Virus record (IMG/VR): IMGVR_UViG_3300021197_001472
Coordinates: 1 to 57,858 of that record
Length of the DNA: 57,858 nucleotides
Source: a virus
Lineage: Duplodnaviria > Caudoviricetes
Direction: 5' to 3' (one strand)
A model generated the notes under the pieces. It worked only from the letters and a program-made list of their open reading frames with translations. It had not been told where the DNA came from and searched no databases. Shown one piece after another: positions 40,401-46,681 of this stretch; position 1 is the stretch's first letter, and the number at the start of each line of letters is the position of its first letter. The position numbers and the translations under genes are program-made.

Positions 40401-40979
40401 ACATTCAACGAAGCCAAGCGTTGGGTAGTCAATGGCGATGGAGACATTGGCCCCCTCATAAATATGGCAACAATTGGAACCGGATCAGGTGCCCTCGCAC
40501 TATTGGCCAAGGACATTGTCCAAATGCGTGGTGGTGATGACGAACGATCTTCGGCTCCACGGGAACGATCATACAACAAGATCATGGAAGAGCTTGGCTA
40601 TGACGCTCGTATCCATGGTGACGACAAGGACGCATTTGCTGGATGGGCCATTGAGAGCATCATGCACATGGGAGGACTTGGTCTGGTTGCAGACGTTTTC
40701 TATCAAGCCGCAATGCAAGGGGAGAAAGGTTCATACGGAACCAATCGTATCATGGGTCTTATCGCTGGCCCGACTTACGGATCAGTCTATGACGCAGTCG
40801 GCGTGGTTCAAGGCGTAGACTCTGATGGAATATCACGGGCGGCTACTCGAAGTCTTGCTCAACGCATTCCGTTCATCACACGAGACTGGAGAGAGAGCAT
40901 CATCGACACTGTGGCTCGTGATCCCAAAAACAAAAAGAAGAAGGGTATGAAATCAGGCTTATCGAGTGGACTCAAATAG
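31485..40979 (+). CDS. Giant ejected polyvalent protein (zincin-like peptidase, ART-like and DNA-transfer regions)
   Basis: 3164 aa; Gly-rich hydrophobic segment, HEMFH (34641-34655), YYHSS...YGKGIYLS...NPLD...VIFNSSSVK ART-PolyVal-like signature. Confidence 0.75.
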   Translation: MKLSESAIQRLADIRSRAAPQQSGSDYLSNFDPKTVLSNPQFLQDVRDVMSSQGQEFASDDEMLQEFFWERNWRDLNFGAAVGGDAGYNAVNRATDDIKSKMGRIQRVFDQYPAFWQEGGRGIIEGLEDSVPALLLAPENLLPGGAAVKAGRGAYVAGKSALGAGIKEGGKYGLIASAPVEFGQNIANQLTDLESEAQTEFSGTELATATALGGVFGAGVGGVIGGVAGAVGGKLAKGALQKIGQLQDSKAQMLDADPNADTSAIDAEIQALQQKNEIPAAQEAIEEEDFVDTTPDPIEPDEDPTIDLMAEADAEKSIAQNLYNENNLGGIDKRLDKSALKDPEVKESFKQAKVAMNKAGIYRQVARTQKAIEEIDRKLETETNQKKQYALEQEKIDLEVNYGAVLEYVKRGQAEELEDAVNTMAENQYRRDENQLMLDLDDPDAPKKETAAETDPEPTAPEPEPEPVDALEARYAEMANVNNAVDTIESLNLEPEQLASLEDNPEIMREMLTGLNQGVEGYTVPDLSKVFAKLRGTDEPEVLEAPTGVTAQSFKTRLAKSVTSKMDLDALSQGTRQSFMTDLEKFVDRLSIQKEKTPSFKMMDSLRELAELEYQRLIEMDEGRREGGQSFLGRDDTFFNNEEGRRQAGLGKAERKATRKDITEAAGLKARAEQNKAENEALKGKDADDTSKYKDTTISAIMSTGRKLPNGNQRYRKGDRVTYNADTKKFTIEKMSKRRGSKVATPTEALASIDDSKEFAEALVQLVSDGKLDPSAIGEIQAQRRARLAGAKEEVAPTAATEEVAPAVSTDTPVETTTASSTMPQIPDGRVHAIRRKNPKSKVHKYEHRMLGKNQTSYDQLYGKSDPSGWERGHVSIDDNPFRGKVNFVPLGEEAVEDTVTAAIENPPLPAKDIPTIEKLRQDPLNDVNYIEVAGLEGSPFEENLVDFDKRIKKIEDLYSVLPEYKASEQTRLEAWGALDKIFSAGKLEGTSVSDLQLDKQMAKDVLRRLSNANKGMAPQISRGDQGAYVGKTGGIQLSPSINGRDQYHTVIHEMFHWAYMNVLTPQDRGNMLKEMRSYYAPDGSLDYQKIQEMSPYLIQFPTEANNAQKAAMVATGKLDPMEAKYPTRRTERDQVVMSRFSPQEFLAGQFQMYVEGRLPYKGTLLSKMGYLLERIVEHMFGMKKKSPVDKNLIPYFDKLYSDNAQDFISRTSDPTTPEGKSIETIMDGFNNQRIDLEDAFDNVSDVDGRTVYGPSSRQIRQSYNSLDALIEPDETGVSVASDLVRETELGRALNDSPTVRQELAKVLDDINILLRKDANPSGSPISSPLDRLDAGNRVIDAFDMIDEALFQRYKSVEGSNPRPVAIPVRPIKQATSGEGKRNQKLLEDVREAQVKFQQEFSESGSSREELKSILQMVTEFTSGLSYHGGNPLAGSVRRIGNRTSNPKNRNLVVGEKAERLSLPTRATAAQIAENPDNAYFGYDKRFLLPGTIQKISRDMRAMMGLEGKGTTKEDVAMYADMDEQTWVTTAVNSFDDMMDQMYLADTRLQFKIIHEDRLQVKRDKATAKANRQKVVEKKRVEVAKESKKVADKKPVDTKPTPTKKTRKKTRTNKRTKTAPARSLDEEIRTKPETQRSRDIGAEWIRRVRAASDIEPVAIDMDTVRMPDAELESSLIKALNDGNKKDVQKYSYEMFLRNNPDAKPILKFESPKLVGLLELEDLHTRGVSRVEGVPNDAPEYIRSVLTKVTHRDPDTQRVARNLAHRLLLLSDSPAKADEKFDINGDGFNDFRNELRSLSKALVGSGKTQTMSGAETVDMAMRLAIQANPLTDLDAKIIKKQFDLDQFQAVRVEVERDMLGDNTQDMANEWFMRMLSKAISGERGEAPFTGSGFEHLNNLVKERIKDTSYLVNGLMSRGDVRKAGRRLTLYGDLFKNVTPKDNELRMVNQKQFIGSGLGADAEGNPITYYHSSPNTKVFDEKDFIFDGSSGFTKYGKGIYLSRRPEVSSEMFADMPTPMAMDRMMRNATSSPEELGLGMHVVEDYLEVRSNLREIDNDLRNNVDLPFDVDGVVYNLIEKSEDLTRQLKDFGVEMSPGTVPVIVRAENPLDITEATKITKASYDSGIGQVVEQLDSAGLIDMEYLDSKLAGMGRPMFAKTFMAQDVYINVLDAMVQQRMKTPDTTDRPIDVIGLEDQITTRDLFNEVAEFIGFDSLRTTEYNSNLEQGGRTDSYEGAVIFNSSSVKHPDAEYFDSDSPFFWESPQTSAQSPQGKLFQTLVTDEDATAANTGQFYTDAEGLGAHPSVVDAMKKIGAKKELATEDYQALSKYNPIRFLSDNAKKLRYNNMHWLGNWAKPEDGVSIHDTENADMAKKVMPLFTEMKKLSGEGKVMRWGRGLKFYGQASQPKEYKNIVRALRRQSQNNLQNLTAAEKKVAVAIRSRFDLELQDMKDAGIRVGTIPDNYFPQVWNVEAIRENYSKFTKALTAYLHKEQTTRLKPSEYREVRDLQDIADHMANTLIAEDGVYLPHQSSKYARAGGKTDAEYMRLIRLNEADGKGKLVYEDVLNFMEKEGFLADDLQSVISKYFEGTTRRIAYQKKFGTNNHGFYDYIQVRANGAKEAVKLLSTDKVVTSTRKRYPEFGQGIENHTVRIPELRGMREDQADMAVQIAMQNIENGAGVQQTMNYLNALKPNSGRGYRRRVEAIANGLVEHQKFGNLEKKSATDTDPVVFAENYFSILQGRPVNNDAYFQTRRRVSKGARAFNSVTLLGFTTLTSFTDVSLPFIRGARFRDATKALYNSTVGPDAKHYRAALASVGASMDNITHSRMTMLYGGTGGKISNAFFNANLLTPWTNGMKEAAVAIGYEMLKANARIAQEARQSGVIGQSRKFRQAKRKLSQFGLGDYADNDRSLEDVALLYDDPRLRAALHKFSGESIFSPSKTDVPLIFQDPMSPEGAMLFQLKSYPLMYQRLAYRTFNEAKRWVVNGDGDIGPLINMATIGTGSGALALLAKDIVQMRGGDDERSSAPRERSYNKIMEELGYDARIHGDDKDAFAGWAIESIMHMGGLGLVADVFYQAAMQGEKGSYGTNRIMGLIAGPTYGSVYDAVGVVQGVDSDGISRAATRSLAQRIPFITRDWRESIIDTVARDPKNKKKKGMKSGLSSGLK

Positions 40980-40991
40980 AAGGGACGACGC

Positions 40992-41147
40992 ATGGGGGAA
41001 ACATGGGACATTATGGTAAGCGCATGGCCGATCGTATTTGGGTTCGTAACGCTTGTTATTGTTTTGGCAAAAATGCACGGACAGATCGAGGTAATGCAAG
41101 AGAAGATTAAAACATTGTTCGAGCTTTGGAACTCAAAAGATAAATGA
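40992..41147 (+). CDS. Small membrane protein (51 aa), lysis-associated, not in ORF track
   Basis: MGETWDIMVSAWPIVFGFVTLVIVLAKMH...; ATGA overlap with endolysin. Confidence 0.7.
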   Translation: MGETWDIMVSAWPIVFGFVTLVIVLAKMHGQIEVMQEKIKTLFELWNSKDK

Positions 41148-41542
41148 AACTGCTTCGAAATGAATACGCGACCAAGAACTTCAAGTGGAAGGAACTCGAA
41201 TGCAAGTGCGGAAAAGGTTGTGGGTTAAACGGAATTGGACAAGCGAGGTACATACAAGATGAGCATCTTCAGAAACTTCAAATACTACGTGACCTGCTTG
41301 GCCCGATCAGCCTGTCGAGTGTTTCGCGATGCCCAAAACACAATCAAGTCGTGGGTGGAGTTCCATTATCGATGCATCGGTCGACGATTACGCGACCTGC
41401 GAGAGCGGCTGATGTAATCATTGGGCGATACAACAAACATGACATCATACACGCGGCTGAAGAAGCTGGCTTCATGGGCATAGGTGTCAACTATAGAACA
41501 TTTGTACATGTGGATAACAGGCCCAGAAGGGCGCGGTGGTGA
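41144..41542 (+). CDS. Endolysin, peptidase M15 family
   Basis: ELECKCG, RCPKHN..VGG, SMH, AAD and FVHVD Zn-binding motifs. Confidence 0.85.
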   Translation: MKLLRNEYATKNFKWKELECKCGKGCGLNGIGQARYIQDEHLQKLQILRDLLGPISLSSVSRCPKHNQVVGGVPLSMHRSTITRPARAADVIIGRYNKHDIIHAAEEAGFMGIGVNYRTFVHVDNRPRRARW

Positions 41543-41545
41543 AGT

Positions 41546-42028
41546 ATGGAAATTCTAGGTACGGTAGTAAGCTCCCTATTCGGGAGCGCGATAGGGGGAT
41601 CGGGGCTTGGACTGATAGGCGCGATAGCTGGCAAAGTTTTTGGATGGCTAGAACTAAAGGAAAAAGCAAAGGTACAACAAGCAGAGAACGCGCACGAACT
41701 CGCTTTGATCCAAGCCCAATCGCAGATGAAACAAGCGGAGATGGAGAGTGAGCTTTTAATCTCTCAAGTAGATGCAGACACAAAGCTCAGGACAGCGGCT
41801 TATGCCCACGACAGTGCCATGGGTACGCCCCATAAATGGTGTTCGTCCGTACTAAGATTGGTACGCCCATCCATCACAGTGTTCTTGCTTGGCCTAACAA
41901 CGTGGATCTACTGGAAGGCATACGCCATGGGCGAGATAGATACGCTTCAGATGCTGGCTGATGAAGTAGTATTTATGACTTCTCTTGCCATCACATTTTG
42001 GTTTGGTTCAAGAGGCGTTAGTCGATGA
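41546..42028 (+). CDS. Holin-like protein (GTA 3TM-like)
   Basis: TM segments, VRPSIT and FWFGSR C-terminus; follows endolysin. Confidence 0.65.
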   Translation: MEILGTVVSSLFGSAIGGSGLGLIGAIAGKVFGWLELKEKAKVQQAENAHELALIQAQSQMKQAEMESELLISQVDADTKLRTAAYAHDSAMGTPHKWCSSVLRLVRPSITVFLLGLTTWIYWKAYAMGEIDTLQMLADEVVFMTSLAITFWFGSRGVSR

Positions 42029-42349
42029 AGGTTTAAAGCCTTTCACTAGCCCCTTCTCCGCACGTTCAACGAGCCTGATCGCTTTCTTCTCCGCGTGGGG
42101 GAAAAAGTATTTCTGCTTTTTAGTTACTTTATCGTACAAGTCGCAGTTCTCTTGGAATTTTTGCCAAGCTGCACGAGCCACTTGATACCAACCAGGGATC
42201 TTTCCATTTTCCTTGTACATCTCTTTCGCTATAGCCAGCACCTGCTTCTCTAAATATGAGTTGCGTCCATCTACGATTAGTCCAGACTTACGAACAATTT
42301 TCGTTGCATCCGCGATGGTGCTTATCCGCACGTAGTTCATGTTACTCAT
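42008..42349 (-). CDS. Hypothetical basic protein
   Basis: 113 aa; AGGAGG RBS. Confidence 0.65.
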   Translation of the reverse strand: MSNMNYVRISTIADATKIVRKSGLIVDGRNSYLEKQVLAIAKEMYKENGKIPGWYQVARAAWQKFQENCDLYDKVTKKQKYFFPHAEKKAIRLVERAEKGLVKGFKPSSTNAS

Positions 42350-42537
42350 TTTGGCCCTCCTACACTGGTCAATCCGTTTTTAATTTTTTCAAGAAACCCT
42401 TCTTTGATCGGCTTCGGTTGTGGCATCCCACTCACCCAAAGAACATTGAACCCTTCTTCACACTGGCTGAGGATGTACCCTTCCCTGCCATCGATGTGTC
42501 GAACAGAATCACCTTGTTTTATGCGTCCAGATTTCAC
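42346..42537 (-). CDS. Hypothetical protein
   Basis: 63 aa; GAGG RBS, GTG start. Confidence 0.55.
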   Translation of the reverse strand: MKSGRIKQGDSVRHIDGREGYILSQCEEGFNVLWVSGMPQPKPIKEGFLEKIKNGLTSVGGPK

Positions 42538-42549
42538 GTTCCTCTCTCC

Positions 42550-42909
42550 CTATCCATCGTCCGTAAGTGACTTTTTTTTTGGGGGTCGATCGTCGTTAAT
42601 ATCCCCCGTCCACAAAGCGTGGATCAAAATCCCGACACATGCTCTCACATGGCCTAGGTGTGTAGCCCCGCTCTCAGGATCTACGTCTTCCCTATTCTGA
42701 AATTTGAGGAGATGTCTCAGAGCCGCATCAACATAGATGCTCACGCTTATTCTTTCTTCAGCCCAGTTCCATGGCTCATACTTATCTGCACCATGTGCAA
42801 ATGCTTTCGCTTCCTGTATCTGTGCTTCCGGTGGTATCAATCCTAGACGTGGCTTCTTAATTCCTTGTGCGGTCTTCGGATTTTTATCTGGCAGTTTAGT
42901 CTTCTTCAT
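42550..42909 (-). CDS. dATP/dGTP diphosphohydrolase-domain protein (DUF5664-like)
   Basis: KPRLGLIPP, GADKY..WNW, AALRH, DPESG..HLGH motifs. Confidence 0.75.
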   Translation of the reverse strand: MKKTKLPDKNPKTAQGIKKPRLGLIPPEAQIQEAKAFAHGADKYEPWNWAEERISVSIYVDAALRHLLKFQNREDVDPESGATHLGHVRACVGILIHALWTGDINDDRPPKKKSLTDDG

Positions 42910-43142
42910 AGATCGATTAACTCCTGTTCTGCTTTCAAGCGTTTGCTCACGCCATACAGAGGAGCTAATGCAAGATATGAATGCGCTACTTTTTGAAGTG
43001 CCCCGCTCAATTCTGTATCTGAGAGATTTGGGAAATGCTCCAGACGCATTTTAATTGAGAGGATCTCTCCCTCATGCTTACTTATCTGTGTCTGGTTACG
43101 CTCGATCTGTTCCAATAACTTGTCGTACCTATCAAATTCCAT
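42906..43142 (-). CDS. Hypothetical coiled-coil protein
   Basis: GGAGGAG RBS; operon-packed. Confidence 0.6.
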   Translation of the reverse strand: MEFDRYDKLLEQIERNQTQISKHEGEILSIKMRLEHFPNLSDTELSGALQKVAHSYLALAPLYGVSKRLKAEQELIDL

Positions 43143-43371
43143 CTAACTCCTCCGCTTTCTTGATTATAAATTCCCGTTGCTTTTCTATTTCTTCTCTTCG
43201 TTTATTTTTTTCTCTACCGTTTGGCATACGCGCTACTTCTTTTGCTTGTTTCGAAAGCCGTATCCACAACGACCAGATGTCACCCTTCCGTTTGATGACT
43301 GCATCAGGCGGCTTGCCCAACCATCCCCATATCGCCCTCTCCTTTGCCCGTTCCCTTATGTCTTTGGCCAT
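43132..43371 (-). CDS. Hypothetical protein
   Basis: 79 aa, operon-packed. Confidence 0.55.
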   Translation of the reverse strand: MAKDIRERAKERAIWGWLGKPPDAVIKRKGDIWSLWIRLSKQAKEVARMPNGREKNKRREEIEKQREFIIKKAEELDGI

Positions 43372-44180
43372 GGCTCATACACTTCGTAATCTGCACATGG
43401 TTCGTTGGCTTGGATGTGATGCTTGCCGCAATGCCAATGCTCGTCGGGATGCGCTGATGCATGTTTGCAAGAAGCGCATTCAACCTTGGGAGCTAGTCCG
43501 TTCCAGCATGTGTCTAACTTGAAACATCCCTTACACCGCCAATCAGTTTTGTAGCGGCGATCATCGACGAGCTTCTCTGCTTTGTTCTGAAGTACTCTCT
43601 CAATCTTCACTTTCAGAAAAGCGAAGTCGGTGTCATTAAAATTAATTATCTCGCTGGCATAATCGCTATTGTTTTTGTTGTAGCTAACCAGCATTGTCTT
43701 CTTCATCTTGCCACCGCTCAGACCCATCATCAGCATGACCTGCCAGTAGTACATTGGGTGGGATGACTTCACGCCCTTATTCACAAAGCTTGTGAACTTC
43801 GCGTGGTTCATGCTCTTAATTTCTAGTAAGGCTACCTCTCCATCATCGAGTTCAATCTGTCCATCAGCGTGGCCAACCACATGACGACCAAACTCTCTGT
43901 ACTCGTATTGCTTCCTTGTCTTCGGGTCTACCTCTTGCACCCAGTAGCCAGCCTTCTTCAAGTCAGACACGACCTGATCCTCCAGCCTATGCCCCTCTCG
44001 AAAGATCCGTAGAAGCTGAGGGCTTGGCTCTGTATTTGGAAACCCGCGCAGACTAAACGCGAGATTGGCCTCGCATTGATGGCCTACTCCACTTGCCCCT
44101 AGATATTGTCTCGCTGGTTGGGGTGTACTAGGGATCGCATTGATACGTTCCCTTACGGGATCAACAACCTCATCGTTCAT
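43356..44180 (-). CDS. Cas4-like PD-(D/E)xK exonuclease
   Basis: YLGAS..GHQC, GHADG, LEIKS, Q..LMM, CKGC.....C Fe-S-type cysteines. Confidence 0.8.
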   Translation of the reverse strand: MNDEVVDPVRERINAIPSTPQPARQYLGASGVGHQCEANLAFSLRGFPNTEPSPQLLRIFREGHRLEDQVVSDLKKAGYWVQEVDPKTRKQYEYREFGRHVVGHADGQIELDDGEVALLEIKSMNHAKFTSFVNKGVKSSHPMYYWQVMLMMGLSGGKMKKTMLVSYNKNNSDYASEIINFNDTDFAFLKVKIERVLQNKAEKLVDDRRYKTDWRCKGCFKLDTCWNGLAPKVECASCKHASAHPDEHWHCGKHHIQANEPCADYEVYEPWPKT

Positions 44181-44478
44181 ACTGAACTTCTTTACTTGGC
44201 AACCTCAGCTTTGCATCGGAACCCTCGTCGGCTACACACATTAGATCTTTGTCGGTGAGATACGTTGCAGTCCAAGCACCTGTCTTTCTGTTTACCCAGA
44301 TCTGCGTGATATGTCGTCTCACGCTTATGGCCATGAAAACGTTGACCATCTCAGCCGATTTAAAAAGAGCTAAAGCTTTATAGCTTTCTACACACAAAGC
44401 AGAGTTAGCGTCTGCCCTCATAGGGACAAACGCCAACAGCATTGCAAAACTAAAAAGGAAGAGTCTCATCTTCATCAT
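44170..44478 (-). CDS. Small exported protein
   Basis: Signal-peptide-like N-terminus, two Cys. Confidence 0.55.
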   Translation of the reverse strand: MMKMRLFLFSFAMLLAFVPMRADANSALCVESYKALALFKSAEMVNVFMAISVRRHITQIWVNRKTGAWTATYLTDKDLMCVADEGSDAKLRLPSKEVQYER

Positions 44479-45058
44479 CCATCTCTACATGTCCGTTTGC
44501 TTGGCCAGACTCAGTGGAGTCGATGACATATGAGTCTGTATCGTATCCGTTCTCTAGTGGTGGTGGTGTGTAGAAGGGGCCGAACTTGGCTGGCTTCACA
44601 CCAGCCGTTAACCCTTTCTCCCCTGTCTTTGGGTTGTCCCATTTCTCAGGAACCCACATACCCAATGAGTCCTTGACCTTGGGCACTGCAAAGTTTACGC
44701 CTACCCTGAGACCTACTAACGATTTTATATCACCAGGATTGTCGGGATTTGAATGGCCACCGTGGACAAGCAAGCTCTTGAAGTCCTTGAGATTTTGCTC
44801 GACCGCTTTCTTTATACCTTCATCTTTTTGCGTCGGCCCTCCAGCCAAAAAGAAATAGTGCCATCGCTCAATTTTTTGCTCTTCGGTCGTGAATACCACC
44901 GCGACTTGACGACCATTCTTTAGGGTCTTTGTCATCTCCGCTTTTGTCACACGACAGACATGCGGCCCTTCCTTCAATGATTCTTTCCGGTTACCGCTGT
45001 AATCTACCGCTACATTTTTCAATCCACTGGTGATCGAGCTAAAATCTAAATCATTCAT
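44450..45058 (-). CDS. ssDNA-binding protein-like (DUF669-like)
   Basis: Follows Sak4-like gene; acidic tail DDEDETLPF. Confidence 0.7.
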   Translation of the reverse strand: MNDLDFSSITSGLKNVAVDYSGNRKESLKEGPHVCRVTKAEMTKTLKNGRQVAVVFTTEEQKIERWHYFFLAGGPTQKDEGIKKAVEQNLKDFKSLLVHGGHSNPDNPGDIKSLVGLRVGVNFAVPKVKDSLGMWVPEKWDNPKTGEKGLTAGVKPAKFGPFYTPPPLENGYDTDSYVIDSTESGQANGHVEMDDEDETLPF

Positions 45059-45875
45059 TTACTTTACTCTCCTTTGGTTGTTGTTTGTTTGGTTTGAGCG
45101 CATCAAAATCCGCAGTCGTCATCTCCATTCTCTTGAACAGATCGACGATGTTCCCCGTGCGTTCGACAGGTTTGACTCGACGACGTGGATCGCGGATCTT
45201 ACCCTGCCACCCGTTGTATTTTTCAGTGACAAGGTAACGCTCTACTCGCACACCTTGGCTCTGGCCTTTGTCGTCTTTGGTTTCATTGCTTGCGCGAACG
45301 CCACAGAATACGTTGTCAAAAATACCAGCCAATTGTTTCTGGGTATTCTTCCCTGTAATCATTGGCCAGTATTCTGTGCGGCCATTGTCATCTTCTTGCT
45401 CGGTCACTAGTGCAGTCACAAGAACATGCATACGAAAGTCTCGTAACTGCTTAACAACCCCTAACATTTCGCCAGCGATATCACTCCATTTCTCGAAACC
45501 ATTAGAGTTGTTTTTGTGTTCGAGAAACTTTTCCTTCGTCAACATCTGCGAAGCTTCTGTCAAACTGTCGAGGACAACGCATTTGTATCCGCGCTCTTGA
45601 AAATCTTTATTAGTCATAAACATCATCAGATCCTTCAGTGAATAAACACCGTTGGATGGATCGCTTTTCCCTGCCCATGACGTGAACGGAAGGTAGTCGA
45701 TGTCTACATTGCTGACACTGAGAAGACCTGCCTCACCCGAAAGGATGAGGGTCTTCCCATAGTGTTCCTGTAGGTGGGCGGCTTGGGTGGTTTTTCCCCA
45801 CCCGTGATGCCCATAGAGAAGCGTCTTCTGTGCATCCCTGACGGTTCCGTCTGAAGTTTTTAAAGGTTCAAACAT
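45051..45875 (-). CDS. Sak4-like AAA_24 ssDNA annealing ATPase
   Basis: LLYGHHGWGKT Walker A, EAGLLS, VVLDSLTE Walker B. Confidence 0.8.
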   Translation of the reverse strand: MFEPLKTSDGTVRDAQKTLLYGHHGWGKTTQAAHLQEHYGKTLILSGEAGLLSVSNVDIDYLPFTSWAGKSDPSNGVYSLKDLMMFMTNKDFQERGYKCVVLDSLTEASQMLTKEKFLEHKNNSNGFEKWSDIAGEMLGVVKQLRDFRMHVLVTALVTEQEDDNGRTEYWPMITGKNTQKQLAGIFDNVFCGVRASNETKDDKGQSQGVRVERYLVTEKYNGWQGKIRDPRRRVKPVERTGNIVDLFKRMEMTTADFDALKPNKQQPKESKVNE

Positions 45876-45877
45876 CC

Positions 45878-46297
45878 TTATAGCTCCACCGTAACTTTGG
45901 CAGGGCCAGGGACTCTCGTAAGCGCAGGGTTAAGTATGTCCTGATCCTCTGGAGCTAACGTGTTGTACACAGATTTCTGTACCACCAACTTCTTCTCGAT
46001 GTAGTTGGGCAAGATGTCTGTATCATTGAGTTGTTGAGCTAAAAGTTTCTGATCCCATTTGAAATTCTCGCTCCGCTCAACGACAACTTTAGTTGAGCCT
46101 ACTTCTTTTTCAACCACACCAAAGTCGACAGGCATACCTGCTGTCACTATCGTCTTTAGCTTCTTTACTTTTTCTTTCAGTGTGGAAAGTTGTTCTTCAA
46201 AGACTGCTAGGCTTTCTGCATTCCTTAGCCATTCTAAATCTTCGTCACTTAGTCTTGTAGTTGTAGTCCATTTATTTGACATAACTCCGTCATTCAT
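45878..46297 (-). CDS. Hypothetical replication-module protein
   Basis: First gene of the leftward operon; AGGAAACACCAC-ATG start. Confidence 0.75.
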   Translation of the reverse strand: MNDGVMSNKWTTTTRLSDEDLEWLRNAESLAVFEEQLSTLKEKVKKLKTIVTAGMPVDFGVVEKEVGSTKVVVERSENFKWDQKLLAQQLNDTDILPNYIEKKLVVQKSVYNTLAPEDQDILNPALTRVPGPAKVTVEL

Positions 46298-46435
46298 GTG
46301 GTGTTTCCTTTTCTTTAAAAATAATGGTCGCTATGACCGACCCAACTAGTTTAGCATCTTTACATAACTTTTGTCTAGCATTATTTCTAAAGCAATGTTA
46401 CTAATGCTGTTCGAAAAAATAACGAAGAGAGAAGG
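46298..46435. promoter_or_regulatory. Divergent promoter/operator region
   Basis: AT-rich gap between divergent operons; three AGCAwnnTTwC repeats. Confidence 0.6.
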
Positions 46436-46681
46436 ATGAAGTTCGAAGTGGTAATAAATTACAAAGGTTTAATAGGTGATTGTGGCACCCCTCAAGAGGT
46501 AGCCGCCCAGCTTGGCTGTCACTACACGACAGTCTATCGATGGCTTAGAGGGCACCCGCCCAATGTCGATGTACTTTCCAAAATCATAACAAAATTCAAT
46601 TTAAATTTAGCTAACTATATAATAGATGGAGATTACATTAATGACTCAACCAATGAAGGATCAGCGAGAGAGACTGTATAA
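46436..46681 (+). CDS. Cro-like HTH regulator
   Basis: PQEVAAQLGCHYTTVYRWLRG helix-turn-helix. Confidence 0.75.
   Translation: MKFEVVINYKGLIGDCGTPQEVAAQLGCHYTTVYRWLRGHPPNVDVLSKIITKFNLNLANYIIDGDYINDSTNEGSARETV

Noticed and set aside
31485-40979. N4-like or crAss-like virion RNA polymerase
   Set aside because: Size fits, but no RxxxKxxxxxxxYG motif B (SRMTMLYG lacks the Lys/Arg spacing) and no DxDxD catalytic motif was seen
42550-42909. Z-base (2-aminoadenine) or other base-substitution pathway
   Set aside because: No PurZ, queuosine-pathway genes or dedicated DNA polymerase; this domain is widespread on its own
43356-44180. CRISPR-Cas system
   Set aside because: Solo Cas4-like nuclease in a Sak4/SSB recombination module; no repeat-spacer array or other cas genes
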